Shown piece after piece: positions 39,811 to 53,300 of a stretch of 64,000 nt of DNA. Numbering within the stretch: position 1 is the stretch's first letter; each line of letters opens with the position of its first letter. The DNA comes from Eledone cirrhosa (lineage: Eukaryota), in the NCBI GenBank assembly GCA_964016885.1, contig OZ024743.1:205902001-205966000 (forward strand). Direction: 5' to 3'. The translations under genes and the position numbers were made by a program. The notes under the pieces are model-generated. The model searched no databases. It was given only the letters and a program-made list of their open reading frames with translations, and had not been told where the DNA came from.

Positions 39811-42309
39811 TTTTTTTTTTACAAATTATCTCCGCCTGATTTTTTTACAAATTATCTCCCCTTGGCTGGCTGGAAATTATCTCCCCTTGGAGGCTGGAAT
39901 TTATCTCCCCTTGGACGGCTGGAAATTATCTCCCCTTGGACGGCTAGAAATTACCTCTCCTTGGACGGCTGGAAATTATCTCCCCTTGAACGGCTGGAAA
40001 TTATCTCCCCTTGGACGGCTGGAAATTATCTCCCCTTGGACGGCTGGAAATTATCTCCCCTTGGATGGCTGGAAATTATCTCCCCTTGGACGGCTGGAAA
40101 TTATTTCCCCTTGATTTTTTTTACAAATTATCTCCCCCTGATTTTTTTTACAAATATCTCCCTAATTTAAAAAAAAATTATCTCCCCTTCGCTGGCTGGA
40201 AATTATCTCCCTTTGGACGGCTGGAAATTATAGCTGCTTGTAGGGCTGGAAATTATCTCCCCTTGGACGGCTGGAAATTATCTCCCCTTCATTTTTTTAC
40301 TAATTATCTCCCCCTGATTTTTTTTTACAAATTATCTCCGCCTGATTTTTTTAAAAAAATTATCTCCCCTTGGCTGGATGGAAATTTTCTCCCCTTGGAC
40401 GGCTGGAAATTATCTCCCCTTTATGTCTTCTACAAATTATCTACCCCTGATTTTTTTTTTACAAATTATCTCTCCCTGATTTTTTTTACAAATATCTACC
40501 CTTGGCTGGCTGGAAATTATCTCCCCTTGGACGGCTGGAAATTATCTCCCCTTGGACGCCTAGAAATTACCTCTCCTTGGACAGCTGTAAATTAACTCCC
40601 CTTGGACGGCTGGAAATTATCTCGCCTTGGACGGCTGGAAATTATCTCCCCTTGATTTTGTATACAAATTATCTCCCCCTGATTTTTTTTTACAAATTAT
40701 CTGCGCCTGATTATTTATTTTACAAATTAGCTCCGCCTGATTTTTTTTTTAAATTATCTCCCCTTGGACGGCTGGAAATTATCTCCCCTTGGACGGCTGG
40801 AAATTATCTCCCCTTGATTTTTTTACAAATTATCTCCCCCTGATTTTTTTTTTACAAATTATCTCCCCCTGATTTTTTTTACAAATTATCTCCCCCTGTT
40901 TTTTTTTACAAATTATTTCACCCTGATTTTTTTACAAATTATCTCCCCCTGATTTTTTTTACAAATTATCTCCGCCTGATTTTTTTAAATATGATCTTCC
41001 CTTGGCTGGCGGAAAATCATCTCCCCTTGGACGCCTGGAAATTATCTCCCCTTGGAAGGATGGAAATTATCTCCCCTTGGACGGCTGGAAATTATCTCCC
41101 CTTGCACTGCTGGAAATTATCTCCCCTTGGACGGCTGGAAATTATCTGCCCTTGATTTTGATTTTACAAATTATCTTCCCCTGATTTTTTTTACAAATTA
41201 TTTCCACCTGATTTTTTAAAAAATTATCTCCCCTTGGACGGCTGGAAATTATCTCCCCTTGGCTGGAAATTATCTCCCCTTGGACGATTAGAAATTATCT
41301 CTCTTTGGACGGCTGGAAATTATCTCCCCTTGATTTTTTTTACAAATTATCTCCCCCTGATTTTTTTTACAAATCTCCCAGTGATTTTTTAAAAAAAATT
41401 ATCTCCCCTTCGCTGGCTGGAAATTATCTCCCCTTGGACGCTGGAAATTATAGCCCCTTGGAGGGCTGGAAGTTATCTTCCCTTGGAGGGCTGGAAATTA
41501 TCTTCCCTTGGACGGCTGGAAATTATCTCCCCTTGATTTTTTTTACAAATTATCTCCCCCTGATTTTTTTTTACAAATTATCTCCCCCTGATTTTTTTTT
41601 TACCAATTATCTCCACCTGATTTTTTTAAAAATTATTTCCCCTTGGACGGCTGGAAATTATCTCCCCTTGGACGGCTGGAAATTATCTCCCCTTGGACGG
41701 CTAGAAATTACCTCTCCTTGGACGGCTGAAAATTATCTCCCCTTGGACGGCTGGAAATTATCTCCCCTTGATTTTTTTTACAAATTATCTCCCCCTGATT
41801 TTTTTTTACAAATTATCTCCCCCTGATTTTTTTTTACAAATTATCTCCTGATTTTTTTTACAAATTATCTCCGCTTGGCTGGCTGGAAATTATCTCCCCT
41901 TGGAGGCTGGAAATTATCTCCCCTTGGACGGCTAGAAATTACCTCTCCTTGGACGGCTGGAAATTATCTGCCCTTGGACGGCTGGAAATTATCTCTCCTT
42001 GGACGGCTGGAAATTATCTGCCCTTGGACGGCTGGAAATTATCTCCCCTTGGACGGCTGGAAATTATTTCCCCTTGATTTTTTTACAAATTATCTCCCCC
42101 TGATTTTTTTTTACAAATCTCCCCCTAATTTAAAAAAAAATTATCTCCCCTTCGCTGGCTGGAAATTATCTTCCTTTGGACGGTTGGAAATTATAGCCGC
42201 TTGTAGGGCTGGAAATTATCTCCCCTTGGACGGCTGGGAATTATCTCCCCTTGATTTTTTTACTAATTATCTCACCCTGATTTTTTTTTTCAAATTATCT
42301 CCGCCTCAT

Positions 42310-45300
42310 TTTTTTTACAAATTATCTGCCCCTGATTATTTTTTTTACAAATTAGCTCCGCCTGATTTTTTTTTAAAATTATCTCCCCTTGGACGGCTGG
42401 AAATTATCTCCCGTTGGACGGCTGGAAATTATCTCCCCTTGGACGGCTGGAAATTATCTCCCCTTGATTTTTTTACAAATTATCTCCCCCTGATTTTTTT
42501 TTTACAAATTATCTCCGCCTGATTTTTTTTTTAAATTATCTCCCCTTGGACGGCTGGAAATTATCTCCCCTTGATTTTTTTTTCCAAATTATCTCCCCCT
42601 GATTTTTTTTTACAAATTATCTACCCCTGATTTTTTTTTACAAATTATCTACCCCTGATTTTTTTTACAAATTATCTCCCCCTGATTTTTTTTTTACAAA
42701 TTATCTCCCCCCGATTTTTTTACAAATTATCTCCCCCTGATTTTTTTTACAAATTATCTCCGCCTAATTTTTTAAAGTATTATCTTCCCTTGGCTGGCGG
42801 GAAATTATCTCCCCTTGGACGGCTGGAAATTATCTCCCCTTGGAAGGATGGAAATTATCTCCCCTTGGACGGCTGGAAATTATCTCCCCTTGCACTGCTG
42901 GAAATTATCTCCCCTTGGCTGGCTGGAAATTATCTCCCCCTGATATTTTTTTACAAATTATCTCCCCCTGATTTTTTTTTACAAATTATCTCCCCCTGAT
43001 TTTTTTTTACAAATTATCTCCCCCTGATTTTTTTTTACAAATTATCTCCTGATTTTTTTTACAAATTATCTCCCCTTGGCTGGCTGGAAATTATCTCCCC
43101 TAGGAGGCTGGAAATTATCTCCCCTTGGACGGCTAGAAATTACCTCTCCTTGGACGGTTGGAAATTATCTGCCCTTGGACGGCTGGAAATTATCTCTCCT
43201 TGGACGGCTGGAAATTATCTGCCCTTGGACGGCTGGAAATTATCTCCCCTTGGACGGCTGGAAATTATTTCCCCTTGATTTTTTTACAAATTATCTCACC
43301 CTGATTTTTTTTTACAAATCTCCCCCTAATTTTAAAAAAAATTATCTCCCCTTCGCTGGCTGGAAATTATCTTCCTTTGGACGGTTGGAAATTATAGCCG
43401 CTTGTAGGGCTGGAAATTATCTCCCCTTGGACGGCTGGGAATTATCTCCCCTTGATTTTTTTACTAATTATCTCACCCTGATTTTTTTTTACAAATTATC
43501 TCCGCCTCATTTTTTAAAAAAAATTATCTCCCCCTGGCTGGATGGAAATTATCTCCCCTTGGACGGCTGGAAATTATCTCCCATTGATTTCTTCTACAAA
43601 TTATCTACCCCTGATTTTTTTTTTACAAATTATCTCTCCCTGATTTTTTTTTACAAATATCTCCCCTTGGCTGGCTGGAAATTATCTCCCGTTGGCTGGC
43701 TGGAAATTATCTCCCCTTGGACGGCTGGAAATTATCTCCCATTGATTTTTTTTACAAATTATCTCCCCTTGGCTGGCTGGAAATTATCTCCCCTTGGCTG
43801 GCTGGAAATTATCTCCCCCTGAAATTTTTTTACAAATTAGCTCCCCCTGATTTTTTTTTACAAATCATCTCCGCCTGATTTTTAAAAAAAATTATCTCCC
43901 TTGGTTTGCTGGAAATTATCTCCCCTTGGACGGCTATAAATTATCTCTCCTTCGACGGCTGGAAATTATCTCCACTTGATTTTTTTACAAATTATCTCCC
44001 CGTGATTTTTTTTTACCAATCTACCCCTGATTTAAAAAAAAAATGATCTCCCCTTCGCTGGCTGGAAATTATCTCCCCTTGGACGGCTGGAAATTATCTC
44101 CCCTTGATTTTTTTTACAAATTATCTCCCCCTGATTTTTTTTTACAAATTATCTCCCCCCGATTTTTTTTTTACAAATTATCTCCGCCTGATTTTTTTAA
44201 AATTATCTCTCCTTGGCTGGATGGAAATCATCTCCCCCTGATTTTTTTTACAAATTATCTCCCCTTGCACGGCTGGAAATTATCTCCCCTTGGACGGCTG
44301 GAAATTATCTCCCGTTGGCTGCAAATTATCTCCCCTTGGACGGCTAGAAATTACCTCTCTTTGGACGGCTGGAAATTATCTCCCCTTGGACGGCTGGAAA
44401 TTATCTCCCCTAGGACGGCTAGAAATTACCTCTCCTTGGACGGCTGAAAATTATCTCCCCTTGGACGGCTGGAAATTATCTCCCATTGATTTTTTTACAA
44501 ATTATCTCCCTCTGATTTTTTTTTACAAATTATCTCCCCCTGATTTTTTTTTACAAATTATCTCCCCCTGATTTTTTTTTACAAATTATCTCCCCCTGAT
44601 TTTTTTACAAATTATCTCCCCTTGGCTGGCTGGCAATTATCTCCCCTTGGAGGCTGGAATTTATCTCCCCTTGGACGGCTGGAAATTATCTCCCCTTGGA
44701 CGGCTAGAAATTACCTCTCCTTGTACGGCTGGAAATTATCTCCCCTTGAACGGCTGGAAATTATCTCCCCTTGGACGGCTGGAAATTATCTCCCCTTGGA
44801 CGGCTGGAAATTACCTCTCCTTGGACGGCTGGAAATTATCTCCCCTTGGACGGCTGGAAATTATCTCCCCTTGGACGGCTGGAAATTATTTCCCCTTGAT
44901 TTTTTTTACAAATTATCTCCCCCTGATTTTTTTTACAAATCTCCCCCTAATTTAAAAAAAAATTATCTCACCTTCGCTGGCTGGAAATTATCTCCCTTTG
45001 GACGGCTTGAAATTATAGCTGCTTGTAGGGCTCTCCCCATGGACGGCTGGAAATTACCTCTCCTTGGACGGCTGAAAATTATCTCCCCTTGGACGGCTGG
45101 AAATTATCTCCCCCTGATTTTTTTTTACAAATTATCTCCGCCTGATTTTTTTTTAAAAATTATCTCCCCTTGGCTGGATGGAAATTTTCTCCCCTTGGAC
45201 GGCTGGAAATTATCTCCCCTTTATGTTTTCTACAAATTATCTACCCCTGATTTTTTTTTTACAAATTATCTCTCCCTGATTTTTTTTACAAATATCTCCC

Positions 45301-48300
45301 CTTGGCTGGCTGGAAATTATCTCCCCTTGGCTGGCTGGAAATTATCTCCCCTTGGACGGCTGGAAATTATCTCCCCTTGGACGCCTAGAAATCACCTCTA
45401 CTTGGACAGCTGTAAATTATCTCCCCTTGGACGGCTGGAAATTATCTCGCCTTGGACGGCTGGAAATTATCTCCCCTTGATTTTGTATACAAATTATCTC
45501 CCCCTGATTTTTTTTTACAAATTATCTGCCCCTGATTATTTTTTTACAAATTAGCTCCGCCTGATTTTTTTTTTAAATTATCTCCCCTTGGACGACTGGA
45601 AATTATCTCCCCTTGGACGGCTGGAAATTATCTCCCCTTGAACGGCTAGAAATTACCTCTCCTTGGACGGCTGGAAATTATCTCCCCTTGATTTTTTTTT
45701 CCAAATTATCTCCCCCTGATTTTTTTTTTACAAATTATCTACCCCTGATTTTTTTTTACAAATTATCTCCCCCTGATTTTTTTTACAAATTATCTCCCCC
45801 TGATTTTTTTTTACAAATTATCTCCCCCCGATTTTTTTACAAATTATCTCCCCCTGATTTTTTTTACAAATTATCTCCGCCTGATTTTTTTTAATATTAT
45901 CTTCCCTTGGCTGGCGGGAAATTATCTCCCCTTGGACGGCTGGAAATTATCTCCCCTTGGAAGGATGGAAATTATCTCCCCTTGGACGGCTGGAAATTAT
46001 CTCCCCTTGCACTGCTGGAAATTATCTCCCCTTGGACGGCTGGAAATTATCTGCCCTTGATTTTGTATTTACAAATTATCTTCCCCTGATTTTTTTACAA
46101 ATTATCTCCACCTGATTTTTTAAAAAATTATCTCCCCTTGGACGGCTGGAAATTATCTCCCCTTGGCTGGAAATTATCTCCCCTTGGACGGCTAGAAATT
46201 ATCTCCCCTTGGACGGCTAGAAATTACCTCTTCTTGGACGGCTGAAAATTATCTCCCCTTGAACGGCTGGAAATTATCTCCCCTTGGACGGCTGGAAATT
46301 ATCTCCCCTTGGACGGCTGGAAATTATCTCCCCTTGGACGGCTAGAAATTACCTCTCCTTGGACGGCTGGAAATTATCTCCCCTTGGACGGCTGGAAATT
46401 ATCTCCCCTTGGACGGCTGGAAATTATTTCCCCTTGATTTTTTTTACAAATTATCTCCCCCTTATTTTTTTTACAAATCTCCCCCTAATTTAAAAAAAAA
46501 TTATGTCCCCTTCGCTGGCTGGAAATTATCTCTCTTTGGACGGCTTGAAATTATAGCTGCTTGTAGGGCTGGAAATTATCTCCCCTTGGACGGCTGGAAA
46601 TTATCTCCCCTTGATTTTTTTACTAATTATCTCCACCTGATTTTTTTTTACAAATTATCTCCGCCTGATTTTTTTAAAAAAATTATCTCCCCTTGGCTGG
46701 ATGGAAATTTTCTCCCCTTGGACGGCTGGAAATTATCTCCCCTTTATGTTTTCTACAAATTATCTACACCTGATTTTTTTTTTACAAATTATCTCTCCCT
46801 GATTTTTTTTACAAATATCTCCCCTTGGCTGGCTGAAAATTATCTCCCCTTGGCTGGCTGGAAATTATCTCCCCTTGGACGGCTGGAAATTATCTCCCCT
46901 TGGACGCCTAGAAATTACCTCTACTTGGACAGCTGTAAATTATCTCCCCTTGGACGGCTGGAAATTATCTCGCCTTGGACGGCTGGAAATTATCTCCCCT
47001 TGATTTTGTGTACAAATTATCTCCCCCTGATTTTTTTTACAAATTATCTGCCCCTGATTATTTTTTTTACAAATTAGCTCCGCCTGATTTTTTTTAAAAA
47101 TTATCTCCCCTTGGACGGCTGGAAATTATCTCCCGTTGGACGGCTGGAAATTATCTCCCCTTGGACGGCTGGAAATTATCTCCCCTTGATTTTTTTACAA
47201 ATTATCTCCCCCTGATTTTTTTTTTACAAATTATCTCCGCCTGATTTTTTTTTTAAATTATCTCCCCTTGGACGGCTGGAAATTATCTCCCCTTGATTTT
47301 TTTTTCCAAATTATCTCCCCCTGATTTTTTTTTACAAATTATCTACCCCTGATTTTTTTTTACAAATTATCTACCCCTGATTTTTTTTACAAATTATCTC
47401 CCCCTGATTTTTTTTTTACAAATTATCTCCCCCCGATTTTTTTACAAATTATCTCCCCCTGATTTTTTTTACAAATTATCTCCGCCTGATTTTTTAAAGT
47501 ATTATCTTCCCTTGGCTGGCGGGAAATTATCTCCCCTTGGACGGCTGGAAATTATCTCCCCTTGGAAGGATGGAAATTATCTCCCCTTGGACGGCTGGAA
47601 ATTATCTCCCCTTGCACTGCTGGAAATTATCTCCCCTTGGCTGGCTGGAAATTATCTCCCCCTGATATTTTTTTACAAATTATCTCCCCCTGATTTTTTT
47701 TTACAAATTATCTCCCCTTGATTTTTTTTTACAAATTATCTCCCCCTGATTTTTTTTTACAAATTATCTCCTGATTTTTTTTACAAATTATCTCCCCTTG
47801 GCTGGCTGGAAATTATCTCCCCTAGGAGGCTGGAAATTATCTCCCCTTGGACGGCTAGAAATTACCTCTCCTTGGACGGTTGGAAATTATCTGCCCTTGG
47901 ACGGCTGGAAATTATCTCTCCTTGGACGGCTGGAAATTATCTGCCCTTGGACGGCTGGAAATTATCTCCCCTTGGACGGCTGGAAATTATTTCCCCTTGA
48001 TTTTTTTACAAATTATCTCACCCTGATTTTTTTTTACAAATCTCCCCCTAATTTTAAAAAAAATTATCTCCCCTTCGCTGGCTGGAAATTATCTTCCTTT
48101 GGACGGTTGGAAATTATAGCCGCTTGTAGGGCTGGAAATTATCTCCCCTTGGACGGCTGGGAATTATCTCCCCTTGATTTTTTTACTAATTATCTCACCC
48201 TGATTTTTTTTTACAAATTATCTCCGCCTCATTTTTTAAAAAAAATTATCTCCCCCTGGCTGGATGGAAATTATCTCCCCTTGGACGGCTGGAAATTATC

Positions 48301-51300
48301 TCCCATTGATTTCTTCTACAAATTATCTACCCCTGATTTTTTTTTTACAAATTATCTCTCCCTGATTTTTTTTTACAAATATCTCCCCTTGGCTGGCTGG
48401 AAATTATCTCCCGTTGGCTGGCTGGAAATTATCTCCCCTTGGACGGCTGGAAATTATCTCCCATTGATTTTTTTTACAAATTATCTCCCCTTGGCTGGCT
48501 GGAAATTATCTCCCCTTGGCTGGCTGGAAATTATCTCCCCCTGAAATTTTTTTACAAATTAGCTCCCCCTGATTTTTTTTTACAAATCATCTCCGCCTGA
48601 TTTTTAAAAAAAATTATCTCCCTTGGTTTGCTGGAAATTATCTCCCCTTGGACGGCTATAAATTATCTCTCCTTCGACGGCTGGAAATTATCTCCACTTG
48701 ATTTTTTTACAAATTATCTCCCCGTGATTTTTTTTTACCAATCTACCCCTGATTTAAAAAAAAAATGATCTCCCCTTCGCTGGCTGGAAATTATCTCCCC
48801 TTGGACGGCTGGAAATTATCTCCCCTTGATTTTTTTTACAAATTATCTCCCCCTGATTTTTTTTTACAAATTATCTCCCCCCGATTTTTTTTTTACAAAT
48901 TATCTCCGCCTGATTTTTTTAAAATTATCTCTCCTTGGCTGGATGGAAATCATCTCCCCCTGATTTTTTTTACAAATTATCTCCCCTTGCACGGCTGGAA
49001 ATTATCTCCCCTTGGACGGCTGGAAATTATCTCCCGTTGGCTGCAAATTATCTCCCCTTGGACGGCTAGAAATTACCTCTCTTTGGACGGCTGGAAATTA
49101 TCTCCCCTTGGACGGCTGGAAATTATCTCCCCTAGGACGGCTAGAAATTACCTCTCCTTGGACGGCTGAAAATTATCTCCCCTTGGACGGCTGGAAATTA
49201 TCTCCCATTGATTTTTTTACAAATTATCTCCCTCTGATTTTTTTTTACAAATTATCTCCCCCTGATTTTTTTTTACAAATTATCTCCCCCTGATTTTTTT
49301 TTACAAATTATCTCCCCCTGATTTTTTTACAAATTATCTCCCCTTGGCTGGCTGGCAATTATCTCCCCTTGGAGGCTGGAATTTATCTCCCCTTGGACGG
49401 CTGGAAATTATCTCCCCTTGGACGGCTAGAAATTACCTCTCCTTGTACGGCTGGAAATTATCTCCCCTTGAACGGCTGGAAATTATCTCCCCTTGGACGG
49501 CTGGAAATTATCTCCCCTTGGACGGCTGGAAATTACCTCTCCTTGGACGGCTGGAAATTATCTCCCCTTGGACGGCTGGAAATTATCTCCCCTTGGACGG
49601 CTGGAAATTATTTCCCCTTGATTTTTTTTACAAATTATCTCCCCCTGATTTTTTTTACAAATCTCCCCCTAATTTAAAAAAAAATTATCTCACCTTCGCT
49701 GGCTGGAAATTATCTCCCTTTGGACGGCTTGAAATTATAGCTGCTTGTAGGGCTCTCCCCATGGACGGCTGGAAATTACCTCTCCTTGGACGGCTGAAAA
49801 TTATCTCCCCTTGGACGGCTGGAAATTATCTCCCCCTGATTTTTTTTTACAAATTATCTCCGCCTGATTTTTTTTTAAAAATTATCTCCCCTTGGCTGGA
49901 TGGAAATTTTCTCCCCTTGGACGGCTGGAAATTATCTCCCCTTTATGTTTTCTACAAATTATCTACCCCTGATTTTTTTTTTACAAATTATCTCTCCCTG
50001 ATTTTTTTTACAAATATCTCCCCTTGGCTGGCTGGAAATTATCTCCCCTTGGCTGGCTGGAAATTATCTCCCCTTGGACGGCTGGAAATTATCTCCCCTT
50101 GGACGCCTAGAAATCACCTCTACTTGGACAGCTGTAAATTATCTCCCCTTGGACGGCTGGAAATTATCTCGCCTTGGACGGCTGGAAATTATCTCCCCTT
50201 GATTTTGTATACAAATTATCTCCCCCTGATTTTTTTTTACAAATTATCTGCCCCTGATTATTTTTTTACAAATTAGCTCCGCCTGATTTTTTTTTTAAAT
50301 TATCTCCCCTTGGACGACTGGAAATTATCTCCCCTTGGACGGCTGGAAATTATCTCCCCTTGAACGGCTAGAAATTACCTCTCCTTGGACGGCTGGAAAT
50401 TATCTCCCCTTGATTTTTTTTTCCAAATTATCTCCCCCTGATTTTTTTTTTACAAATTATCTACCCCTGATTTTTTTTTACAAATTATCTCCCCCTGATT
50501 TTTTTTACAAATTATCTCCCCCTGATTTTTTTTTACAAATTATCTCCCCCCGATTTTTTTACAAATTATCTCCCCCTGATTTTTTTTACAAATTATCTCC
50601 GCCTGATTTTTTTTAATATTATCTTCCCTTGGCTGGCGGGAAATTATCTCCCCTTGGACGGCTGGAAATTATCTCCCCTTGGAAGGATGGAAATTATCTC
50701 CCCTTGGACGGCTGGAAATTATCTCCCCTTGCACTGCTGGAAATTATCTCCCCTTGGACGGCTGGAAATTATCTGCCCTTGATTTTGTATTTACAAATTA
50801 TCTTCCCCTGATTTTTTTACAAATTATCTCCACCTGATTTTTTAAAAAATTATCTCCCCTTGGACGGCTGGAAATTATCTCCCCTTGGCTGGAAATTATC
50901 TCCCCTTGGACGGCTAGAAATTATCTCCCCTTGGACGGCTAGAAATTACCTCTTCTTGGACGGCTGAAAATTATCTCCCCTTGAACGGCTGGAAATTATC
51001 TCCCCTTGGACGGCTGGAAATTATCTCCCCTTGGACGGCTGGAAATTATCTCCCCTTGGACGGCTAGAAATTACCTCTCCTTGGACGGCTGGAAATTATC
51101 TCCCCTTGGACGGCTGGAAATTATCTCCCCTTGGACGGCTGGAAATTATTTCCCCTTGATTTTTTTTACAAATTATCTCCCCCTGATTTTTTTTACAAAT
51201 CTCCCCCTAATTTAAAAAAAAATTATGTCCCCTTCGCTGGCTGGAAATTATCTCTCTTTGGACGGCTTGAAATTATAGCTGCTTGTAGGGCTGGAAATTA

Positions 51301-53300
51301 TCTCCCCTTGGACGGCTGGAAATTATCTCCCCTTGATTTTTTTACTAATTATCTCCACCTGATTTTTTTTTACAAATTATCTCCGCCTGATTTTTTTAAA
51401 AAAATTATCTCCCCTTGGCTGGATGGAAATTTTCTCCCCTTGGACGGCTGGAAATTATCTCCCCTTTATGTTTTCTACAAATTATCTACACCTGATTTTT
51501 TTTTTACAAATTATCTCTCCCTGATTTTTTTTACAAATATCTCCCCTTGGCTGGCTGAAAATTATCTCCCCTTGGCTGGCTGGAAATTATCTCCCCTTGG
51601 ACGGCTGGAAATTATCTCCCCTTGGACGCCTAGAAATTACCTCTACTTGGACAGCTGTAAATTATCTCCCCTTGGACGGCTGGAAATTATCTCGCCTTGG
51701 ACGGCTGGAAATTATCTCCCCTTGATTTTGTGTACAAATTATCTCCCCCTGATTTTTTTTACAAATTATCTGCCCCTGATTATTTTTTTTACAAATTAGC
51801 TCCGCCTGATTTTTTTTAAAAATTATCTCCCCTTGGACGGCTGGAAATTATCTCCCGTTGGACGGCTGGAAATTATCTCCCCTTGGACGGCTGGAAATTA
51901 TCTCCCCTTGATTTTTTTACAAATTATCTCCCCCTGATTTTTTTTTTACAAATTATCTCCGCCTGATTTTTTTTTTAAATTATCTCCCCTTGGACGGCTG
52001 GAAATTATCTCCCCTTGATTTTTTTTTCCAAATTATCTCCCCCTGATTTTTTTTTACAAATTATCTACCCCTGATTTTTTTTTACAAATTATCTACCCCT
52101 GATTTTTTTTACAAATTATCTCCCCCTGATTTTTTTTTTACAAATTATCTCCCCCCGATTTTTTTACAAATTATCTCCCCCTGATTTTTTTTACAAATTA
52201 TCTCCGCCTGATTTTTTAAAGTATTATCTTCCCTTGGCTGGCGGGAAATTATCTCCCCTTGGACGGCTGGAAATTATCTCCCCTTGGAAGGATGGAAATT
52301 ATCTCCCCTTGGACGGCTGGAAATTATCTCCCCTTGCACTGCTGGAAATTATCTCCCCTTGGCTGGCTGGAAATTATCTCCCCCTGATATTTTTTTACAA
52401 ATTATCTCCCCCTGATTTTTTTTTACAAATTATCTCCCCTTGATTTTTTTTTACAAATTATCTCCCCCTGATTTTTTTTTACAAATTATCTCCTGATTTT
52501 TTTTACAAATTATCTCCCCTTGGCTGGCTGGAAATTATCTCCCCTAGGAGGCTGGAAATTATCTCCCCTTGGACGGCTAGAAATTACCTCTCCTTGGACG
52601 GCTGGAAATTATCTGCCCTTGGACGGCTGGAAATTATCTCTCCTTGGACGGCTGGAAATTATCTGCCCTTGGACGGCTGGAAATTATCTCCCCTTGGACG
52701 GCTGGAAATTATTTCCCCTTGATTTTTTTACAAATTATCTCACCCTGATTTTTTTTTACAAATCTCCCCCTAATTTTAAAAAAAATTATCTCCCCTTCGC
52801 TGGCTGGAAATTATCTTCCTTTGGACGGTTGGAAATTATAGCCGCTTGTAGGGCTGGAAATTATCTCCCCTTGGACGGCTGGGAATTATCTCCCCTTGAT
52901 TTTTTTACTAATTATCTCACCCTGATTTTTTTTTACAAATTATCTCCGCCTCATTTTTTAAAAAAAATTATCTCCCCCTGGCTGGATGGAAATTATCTCC
53001 CCTTGGACGGCTGGAAATTATCTCCCATTGATTTCTTCTACAAATTACCTACCCCTGATTTTTTTTTTACAAATTATCTCTCCCTGATTTTTTTTTACAA
53101 ATATCTCCCCTTGGCTGGCTGGAAATTATCTCCCGTTGGCTGGCTGGAAATTATCTCCCCTTGGACGGCTGGAAATTATCTCCCATTGATTTTTTTTACA
53201 AATTATCTCCCCTTGGCTGGCTGGAAATTATCTCCCCTTGGCTGGCTGGAAATTATCTCCCCCTGAAATTTTTTTACAAATTAGCTCCCCCTGATTTTTT
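42310..53300 (+). repeat. Tandem duplication of a 4,722-bp unit (S-P-S-P-S)
   Basis: ORF pairs 43076/47798/52520, 44043/48765, 44622/49344 and 46409/51131 are all offset by 4,722. Confidence 0.93.
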
